From: Oculatellaceae cyanobacterium bins.114
GTDB lineage: Bacteria > Cyanobacteriota > Cyanobacteriia > Elainellales > Elainellaceae
Assembly: GCA_033764315.1 (NCBI GenBank)
Contig: JANRJA010000066.1
Coordinates: 1 to 45,347, forward strand
DNA length: 45,347 nucleotides
Direction of reading: 5' to 3'
How positions within the stretch are numbered: the first letter of the stretch is position 1; each line of letters starts with the position of its first letter. The notes under the pieces are model-generated. The model saw only the letters and a program-made list of their open reading frames with translations, was not told where the DNA came from and did not search any database. This document shows positions 38,933 through 45,347 of the stretch, piece by piece. The translations under genes were made by a program, and so were the position numbers.

Positions 38933-40162
38933 GTGCTCAATTCCACTGACACTTCAACCTCGACTCGTAAACACTCATTCCATAAAAAAATTATCTATCC
39001 TGTGCTGGTGTTGGTCGGTGCAGGCGGAGCTTTGTTGGGGCAACACTGGCTTTCGTTCGAGGCTTTGTCTCAGCCTGCGGAGGTGACGAGCCAACCTAAT
39101 GCTTCGGATGGCTTAAGTAGTCGATTGTTGGCAGGCAATACTAACTCCAACTTTATTGCTGAAGCGGTTCAAGAGGTTGGTTCTGCTGTAGTGCGGATCG
39201 ATGCGTCACGCACAGTTCAGGCTCAAACGCCCAATGGCTTGACTGATCCGTTTGAACGTTTTTTTGGGTCTGATGCTCCAGTTCAACCTCAACCTCATGT
39301 TCAAGAAGGGGTGGGGTCAGGGTTTATTGTTGACAGTGCAGGTGTTGTCTTGACTAATGCCCATGTGGTTGATGGAGCCGATCAAGTCACAGTGACTTTA
39401 AAGGATGGGCGCACGTTTAATGGCAAGGTCTTGGGAGAAGATCGAGTCACAGATGTGGCTGTTGTCAAAATTGAGGCGCAAGATTTACCGACTGTGCCTT
39501 TGGGCAATTCTGATCAACTCCAACCAGGAGAATGGGCGATCGCCATTGGTAATCCGCTGGGGCTAGATAACACCGTCACCGTTGGCATTATTAGTGCCAC
39601 GGGTCGGAGCAGTGCTCAAGTAGGCATTCCTGATCAACGCGGCAGTTTTATCCAAACGGATGCCGCCATCAATCCTGGTAACTCTGGGGGACCCTTGCTT
39701 AACCAACAAGGTCAAGTAGTGGGTATGAATACGGCAATCCGTGCCAATGCTCAAGGGCTTGGATTTGCTATTCCGATTAATACGGCTAAGCGCATTGCTG
39801 ACCAACTCATTGCGACGGGTCGGGTCGATCATCCCTATCTCGGTGTTCAAATGACGACTCTGACACCTCAACTTAAACAACGTCTTGAAAATGAGCCAAA
39901 TCTGCCATTTACGGTTCAAGACGAGACAGGAATTCTAGTGTTGCGTGTAGTTCCTAATTCTCCAGCAGCAGCGGCAGGAGTACAGCCTGGAGATGTGATC
40001 ACAAAACTTAACAATCAAGTCGTGACGACTTCTGAGCAAGTCCAAGAAACGGTCGAAAACAGCCGAATTGGCAATGACTTATCTGTTGAATTGCGTCGTC
40101 AGGGGCAAGTTGTTAATCTATCAATACAACCTGTAGCATTCCCTAATGAGTCTCAAGGTTAA
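38933..40162 (+). CDS. HhoA/HhoB/HtrA-family serine protease with PDZ domain
   Basis: GSGF, TNAHVV, DVAVVK and DAAINPGNSGGPL motifs; C-terminal PDZ; GTG start. Confidence 0.93.
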   Translation: MLNSTDTSTSTRKHSFHKKIIYPVLVLVGAGGALLGQHWLSFEALSQPAEVTSQPNASDGLSSRLLAGNTNSNFIAEAVQEVGSAVVRIDASRTVQAQTPNGLTDPFERFFGSDAPVQPQPHVQEGVGSGFIVDSAGVVLTNAHVVDGADQVTVTLKDGRTFNGKVLGEDRVTDVAVVKIEAQDLPTVPLGNSDQLQPGEWAIAIGNPLGLDNTVTVGIISATGRSSAQVGIPDQRGSFIQTDAAINPGNSGGPLLNQQGQVVGMNTAIRANAQGLGFAIPINTAKRIADQLIATGRVDHPYLGVQMTTLTPQLKQRLENEPNLPFTVQDETGILVLRVVPNSPAAAAGVQPGDVITKLNNQVVTTSEQVQETVENSRIGNDLSVELRRQGQVVNLSIQPVAFPNESQG

Positions 40163-40293
40163 ACTAAAGGAGATTTAGGTCGACTCAGAGCTAAGCACGC
40201 TTCTCGTATGGGGCGTCTGGCGATGCTGATAGCAGGTTAGCGGTTGCTTGGTTCCTTGCGCGGCTTAGTTACTTGTTAAGTTGGTGATTAGTC

Positions 40294-40827
40294 ATGGCTA
40301 GGTTACAAATTGCTCAACTGGGTAATCCGGTATTGCGTCAGACGGCTCAACCTATTTACCACATTCAAGATGTGGAAGTGCAAACCTTAATTCACAACTT
40401 GCTGGAAACGCTACGTCAGGCAAATGGTGTTGGTATTGCGGCTCCTCAAGTGGGGCACTCTTATCGGTTATTAGTGGTTGCCTCTCGTCCCAATGCTCGT
40501 TACCCTCATGCACCGTTGATGGAACCGATCGCCATGATTAACCCCCACATTGTCAGCCACTCTGAAGAAATGGTGTCAGATTGGGAAGGGTGTCTTAGTG
40601 TTCCAGGTATTCGAGGATGGGTGTCACGTTATAAAGAACTCGAAGTGGAATACACGACTTCAGATGGCAAGATAGAACGACGAGAATTGTCAGATTTTGT
40701 CGCTCGCATCTTTCAACACGAGTTTGACCATTTGAACGGCATGGTATTTCTCGATCGCCTAGAGAACATGCAAAACATCATGACGGATCAGGAATATCTA
40801 GAACGTGTTGTGCTTCCTGGCTCTTAG
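40294..40827 (+). CDS. def: Peptide deformylase
   Basis: GVGIAAPQ, EGCLS and QHEFDHLNG motifs. Confidence 0.95.
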   Translation: MARLQIAQLGNPVLRQTAQPIYHIQDVEVQTLIHNLLETLRQANGVGIAAPQVGHSYRLLVVASRPNARYPHAPLMEPIAMINPHIVSHSEEMVSDWEGCLSVPGIRGWVSRYKELEVEYTTSDGKIERRELSDFVARIFQHEFDHLNGMVFLDRLENMQNIMTDQEYLERVVLPGS

Positions 40828-40906
40828 GCGCGAAGCAAGGTACGAAAATCTTATCCTAGAATCGCAAATCTTGATGTAAACGCTTTGCCTCTAAGGTTTT
40901 GGGAGA

Positions 40907-41728
40907 TTATGACCCAGCTGTAAATGCTCGTGTTGTCATGTAAATAGCAAGTGCAATCAAGAAAGAGCGAAACAATAGGTTGATTATGCGATCGGGCAAT
41001 TTAGGTAAGAGACGTGTCCCAGCTTGAGCACCTAAAATACCACCTAACCCCAGGCACAGCCCCGGCACCCATAAGACGTTGCCATTCCAAGCATGTTGGG
41101 CCAACCCTGAAATGGCGATCGCCACGATTGCCCCTAAGCTGGTTCGTACCGCTGCCTTGATGCCTTCCCCTAAAAACAACATTTGCAACGGCACCATGAC
41201 CACCCCACCACCCACGCCAAATAACCCTGACAAGACCCCTGCCAATAAACCGATCCCGGTAATGGGCTTAAATGTTTCTGCTGTGACCCCAATGATTGCT
41301 TCATCAGATATCAACAGGCTGTCGTTTGTTTCCTGAGTTTTTTGCTGTTGCCGTTTCAGTTGTTGCCGCAATTGCATTAAATAAATCGTGATCAGCAACA
41401 ATGCAGCAAACGCCAGTGAAAGACCCGCATCAGGGAGGCGATCGCCCAACCAGGCTCCTAGCTGAGCAGTGGGAATGCCGAACAGGGCAAGTAACAATGA
41501 CACTTTCCAATTCAAACTTTTGGTTTGAAAATTTTGCACAGTTCCTGAAATTGAGCTTAATAGCACGCCAATTAAGCTAGTTGCTGTTGCTTCCACCAAA
41601 GGAATGCCAAAAAAAGTCAATATAGGAACCATCAGTAATCCCCCCCCGATCCCCAACAAGCCAGATAGGGTTCCAGTAAATGTTCCTACTAGGAACAACA
41701 ATCCCCAACCAATGGGTGTTTCAAGCAT
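40907..41728 (-). CDS. TauE/SafE-family (sulfite exporter-like) membrane protein
   Basis: Duplicated SGLLGIGGG and SGLFGVGGG...VP motifs. Confidence 0.9.
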   Translation of the reverse strand: MLETPIGWGLLFLVGTFTGTLSGLLGIGGGLLMVPILTFFGIPLVEATATSLIGVLLSSISGTVQNFQTKSLNWKVSLLLALFGIPTAQLGAWLGDRLPDAGLSLAFAALLLITIYLMQLRQQLKRQQQKTQETNDSLLISDEAIIGVTAETFKPITGIGLLAGVLSGLFGVGGGVVMVPLQMLFLGEGIKAAVRTSLGAIVAIAISGLAQHAWNGNVLWVPGLCLGLGGILGAQAGTRLLPKLPDRIINLLFRSFLIALAIYMTTRAFTAGS

Positions 41729-41798
41729 TTAGAGTGACTCTTATACGAAAGGTAAACATAACCCCATCAGCAAAAACGGACGCAGTTCTGAGAAGTTC

Positions 41799-43556
41799 CT
41801 ACATCCGTTCTAAAACTGGAATTCCCAACAACGACAACCCCAATTTGATCGTTTTAGCCGTTAAATCACAGAGAATCAAACGCGAGGTTCGCAGTGGTTC
41901 CTCCGCTTGCAACACGGGGCAGCGATCATAGAACTGATTAAACTTTTGACTCAATTCAAATAAGTATTGACAGAGGCGGTTGGGTAACAAATCTTCGTCG
42001 ATCGCCATCAAAATCTCATCAAACTGCAACAGATGTTTGGCTAAAATCAGCTCGGTCTCTTCCCTCAATACAATGGGACTATCCGCTCCCAAAGCTTCAA
42101 AATCAATGTTTCCCTTGCGACTGATCCCCTGCACGCGCACATAGGCATACAGCATGTAAGGAGCCGTGTTGCCTTGCAATGCGAGCATCTTGTCATAGCT
42201 AAAGATGTAGTTACTGGTGCGGTTCTGGCTCAGATCAGCATATTTGATGGCACTGATCCCCGTCACCTGAGCACTGTTGTTGATAAATTCCTCTGTTTCT
42301 TGACGACCCTCCGCTGCAAGTCGGGTTTCTAGATCAGCACGGGCACGAGCGATCGCCTCCTCTAATAAGTCTTGCAATCGCACTGCTTCACCCGATCGGC
42401 TCTTGAGTTTCTTACCATCCTCTCCTAATACAGAGCCTAACGGGGTGTGGACAAACTTTACTTCATCGGTGATCCAGCCTGCTCGCTTACCAACTTGAAA
42501 GATTTGAGCAAAGTGATTCATCTGCTCTGCCCCCACGGGATATACCACTCGTTGGGCTTGATCCACAGTGACGCGATAGCGAATCGCGGCCAGATCGGTG
42601 CTGGCATAGTTATATCCGCCATCCGATTTCTGCACTATCAGCGGCAACGGATTTCCCTCTTTGTTGGTGAATCCTTCTAAAAAAACACACTTTGCACCGT
42701 CACTCTCAACCACCAATCCCAGGCGATCGAGTTCTTGAATCACGTCTGCCAGATAAGGGTTGTAAAAGGACTCACCTCGAATGGTTAGAGGAGAAATCCC
42801 CATCAAGTCAAAAATCTTTTGGTTCGTCCGGTTAGACAAATCACATACAATTTTCCAAGCACGCAAGGTCTCCAGATCGCCAGCTTGCAGCTCTACAACT
42901 GACAACCGCGCCTTCTCCTGAAACTGCTCGTCCTCATCAAACCGTTTCTTGGCTTGCCGATAAAACGTTGCTAAATCTCCTAAATCTAGCTCCTGACCTG
43001 CGAGAGCCTCTGGATAAGCCTCTCGTAAATAGGCAATCAACATGCCAAACGGAGTGCCCCAATCGCCAACATGACTAATGCGCCATGTGTCATAGCCCAA
43101 AAATTCAAGAATACGGGCAATGCAATCACCAATTACCGAGGGACGCAAATGCCCAACATGCATTTCTTTTGCAATGTTAGGACTGGGATAATCCACGATC
43201 GCCCGTTTAGCAGGTTGAATCTTGGCGACTCCCAACCGAGGATCACTCTGAATCGCTTTTAACTGGGCTTCTAAATAGCTAGTTTTCAACGCCAAGTTAA
43301 TAAACCCTGGTCCTGCCACAGTCGGCGGTTCACATAGATCAGCCACATCCAACTGCTGCACAATCGCCTCAGCGATCGCCCTCGGTGGTTTCCCCAACTT
43401 CTTCGTCAGCGACATCGCCACATTGGATTGATAATCCCCAAACTTGGGATTACTCGCAGGCACCAAAATTGGATCAGCACCCGCCAAATCTGCTCCAAAA
43501 GCAGCGACAAAAGCTTGTTCAAATCGAGATTTGAGAAGGGCGATCGTAGAATTCAT
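41799..43556 (-). CDS. argS: Arginine--tRNA ligase
   Basis: [35 protein letters not shown] and GNTAPY motifs; C-terminal ERM. Confidence 0.97.
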   Translation of the reverse strand: MNSTIALLKSRFEQAFVAAFGADLAGADPILVPASNPKFGDYQSNVAMSLTKKLGKPPRAIAEAIVQQLDVADLCEPPTVAGPGFINLALKTSYLEAQLKAIQSDPRLGVAKIQPAKRAIVDYPSPNIAKEMHVGHLRPSVIGDCIARILEFLGYDTWRISHVGDWGTPFGMLIAYLREAYPEALAGQELDLGDLATFYRQAKKRFDEDEQFQEKARLSVVELQAGDLETLRAWKIVCDLSNRTNQKIFDLMGISPLTIRGESFYNPYLADVIQELDRLGLVVESDGAKCVFLEGFTNKEGNPLPLIVQKSDGGYNYASTDLAAIRYRVTVDQAQRVVYPVGAEQMNHFAQIFQVGKRAGWITDEVKFVHTPLGSVLGEDGKKLKSRSGEAVRLQDLLEEAIARARADLETRLAAEGRQETEEFINNSAQVTGISAIKYADLSQNRTSNYIFSYDKMLALQGNTAPYMLYAYVRVQGISRKGNIDFEALGADSPIVLREETELILAKHLLQFDEILMAIDEDLLPNRLCQYLFELSQKFNQFYDRCPVLQAEEPLRTSRLILCDLTAKTIKLGLSLLGIPVLERM

Positions 43557-43653
43557 AAGCTCCGACTAAACCTGGGTGCAAGGAATATTCTCACTTCAGG
43601 TAAAAACATTTAAACCAGGCAAACACCTTGTGATTATAAACGCTCAACGCATC

Positions 43654-43711
43654 TACTCATGCTTAGCTCTACTCGTGCCTAGCCTTACTCATGCTCAGCT
43701 TTACTCAGCTT
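43654..43711. repeat. Degenerate 16-bp tandem repeat (about 3.6 units)
   Basis: TACTCATGCTTAGCTC / TACTCGTGCCTAGCCT / TACTCATGCTCAGCTT / TACTCAGCTT. Confidence 0.7.
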
Positions 43712-43788
43712 ATTGAGCAGGGACACCCGACCTTACTACCGATGCGAAGCGCGCCTTACTATTATTCCTACACCTTTTCGGAGGGAGT

Positions 43789-43842
43789 CTGAGGGACGCG
43801 TCTCGTCCCTCAGCGAGGAGGTTTGGGGGAAGCTTCCCCCAA
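43789..43842. repeat. Double-hairpin small dispersed repeat
   Basis: CTGAGGGACG-N5-CGTCCCTCAG followed by the perfect palindrome TTGGGGGAAGCTTCCCCCAA. Confidence 0.65.
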
Positions 43843-44055
43843 GGTTCGGTTCTTTGTCACCTTGTTGAAGCAGCCAAGCGACCCCTCCAGAAAAACTAGG
43901 ATATTCACTTAAGTACAACTCATCGTAAATAAGAGCTGGGAAGAGAATTCGGGGTACAAGGGTTGAATCCCTGACCGGGGGAGCGCACCCCTCACAACCC
44001 TTGGTTTTATATCCAAGCCTAATCTGCGAATAACGGTGCTAAGAAGCCACTCATC

Positions 44056-44922
44056 CTACAAAATTCTCATACTCAAATCCAACCACGTCGATCGCGTAAT
44101 CGGCGCACTCGTTGAAATATAATCCACCCCCGTCTCCGCTACCGCTCGAATCGTCTCCAACGTAATATTGCCCGATGCCTCAATCCTGACTCGATCACTC
44201 TTCTCCCGAATCATCGACACCGCCTGATGCATCCGCTCCAAAGGCATATTATCCAACATGATGATGTCTGCCCCATGCTGTAATGCCTCTGCCACGTGTT
44301 CCAGGGTTTCCGTCTCCACTTCAACCATCATTGGATAGGGAACCCGAGATCGAATCTGGGCGATCGCCACTCCAATTCCTCCAGCCGCAGCAATGTGATT
44401 ATCCTTAATCATCACCGCATCATCTAACCCAACCCGGTGATTCACCGCCCCCCCCACTTGGGTTGCATACTTCTCCAACAATCGCAGTCCCGGAGTTGTC
44501 TTGCGAGTATCCACTAGTCGTGTCGGTAAATCTACAATCTGCTCTACATACTTTCGAGTTGCTGAGGCAATGCCACTCAACCGCATCACCAAATTCAAGG
44601 CCACCCGCTCTCCCATCAACAACGCATCTAGAGCACCTTCAAAATAAACAACCACCTGACCATAATCGCACCTTTCACCCTCAGCAACTTTAGGGATGGT
44701 CTTGACTTGTGCATTCAACAACTGAAATATCCGCATAGCGATCGGCATTCCTGCAATAACGCCCGATTCTTTTGCAACCCACTCTGCTTGCCCAACCTTT
44801 ACCCCAGGCGACAACAAGCTCTGCGTTGTGCGATCGCCCCTGCCAATATCCTCTAACAGCCAACTGTGTAGCAGAGGATCTAAAACCACAAATGGCGGCA
44901 ACACCGCAATCGGCATCTCCAT
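44056..44922 (-). CDS. nadC: Quinolinate phosphoribosyltransferase
   Basis: ERVALN, DTRKTTPGLR, NHRVGL, IKDNH, IMLDN and EASG motifs. Confidence 0.96.
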   Translation of the reverse strand: MEMPIAVLPPFVVLDPLLHSWLLEDIGRGDRTTQSLLSPGVKVGQAEWVAKESGVIAGMPIAMRIFQLLNAQVKTIPKVAEGERCDYGQVVVYFEGALDALLMGERVALNLVMRLSGIASATRKYVEQIVDLPTRLVDTRKTTPGLRLLEKYATQVGGAVNHRVGLDDAVMIKDNHIAAAGGIGVAIAQIRSRVPYPMMVEVETETLEHVAEALQHGADIIMLDNMPLERMHQAVSMIREKSDRVRIEASGNITLETIRAVAETGVDYISTSAPITRSTWLDLSMRIL

Positions 44923-45213
44923 CAACCTACCTACCTTCTCTCGACGTTAGTGCACCATAACATCTTTGCCAGACCCACCAGAGCCACACCAACGCCTCTT
45001 CATAAAACAAGAAATATCTCTAATGAACCAATAAGCTAAGAGGCAACCTTCGCAGTAGTGTCACCTCCAACCCATTTTTAGAGCTCAAAACGCATTTTCT
45101 GAGAATTTTTCCGGTTCAATCCCCGTTTTTTAGAAAAGAGAGGCAAGGCGATCGGCCGAAACGCCTTCATAGCGTCAAATTGAAGGGATTTCAAATTCTT
45201 TTCCCGAGATCTC

Positions 45214-45347
45214 TTGACAGATAGGATAAAAGCTCGTTATATTGGTCAAGCGTCGGAAGTGAGCCAAGCGAAAGCGAGGGAGCCGAGGACGCCCGAACCT
45301 AGACAAGATAATAGTTTGAAAGCCAGAATAGCACTAATAATCCGTCA
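45214..45347 (+). promoter_or_regulatory. Probable rRNA operon promoter and leader (boxB-like hairpin, boxA-like motif)
   Basis: TTGACA (45214-45219)-N18-TATATT, then a GC-rich hairpin region and GAACCTAGACAA (45295-45306), resembling cyanobacterial rrn boxA. No 16S sequence lies inside the window. Confidence 0.65.

Larger units (their letters stand above)
2943..44835. repeat. HIP1 (GCGATCGC) highly iterated palindrome, dispersed
   Basis: Dozens of copies are visible in nearly every gene from 2943 onward; I saw no perfect copy in 1-2942. Confidence 0.95.

Noticed and set aside
43557..43920. T-box riboswitch or leader peptide upstream of argS, and the 60-aa ORF at 43736-43918
   Set aside because: No T-box consensus seen; the ORF is composed of dispersed-repeat sequence.

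Overview
This is chromosomal DNA from a cyanobacterium. HIP1 octamers (GCGATCGC) are dense from about 2.9 kb onward, and the window carries cyanobacterial-type ftsH3, cruF/cruG, DUF565 and DUF2555; a filamentous Leptolyngbya/Oculatella-like host is my inference. Most of the window is housekeeping: glgA, an RluA-family gene, a neopullulanase, eda, ftsH3, potD, coaBC, pirin, ruvX, cruF-cruG, a ZIP transporter, an HtrA-family protease, def, argS and nadC, ending in a probable rRNA-operon promoter and leader. Two accessory regions stand out. (1) 1-2.4 kb is a HIP1-free, integron-cassette-like array with two attC-like sites. It holds an Mrr-type nuclease gene cut by an IS66-family element, a NYN/OST-HTH gene, and a small gene paired with a deleted retropepsin-like pseudogene. 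(2) 10.2-16.4 kb has divergent promoters that both carry GATATC-N7-GATATC boxes. One side drives a pentapeptide gene and a zinc-ribbon gene; the other drives a degenerate hicA, an extended hicB, an 855-aa protein joining a degenerate PIN-like N-terminus to an RTX C-terminus, and a second hicB lacking its DNA-binding domain. Small mobile repeats are scattered throughout, including a MITE, two in-frame insertions into HIP1 sites within genes and a nested repeat. All family assignments come from motif recognition by eye; no database search was run.
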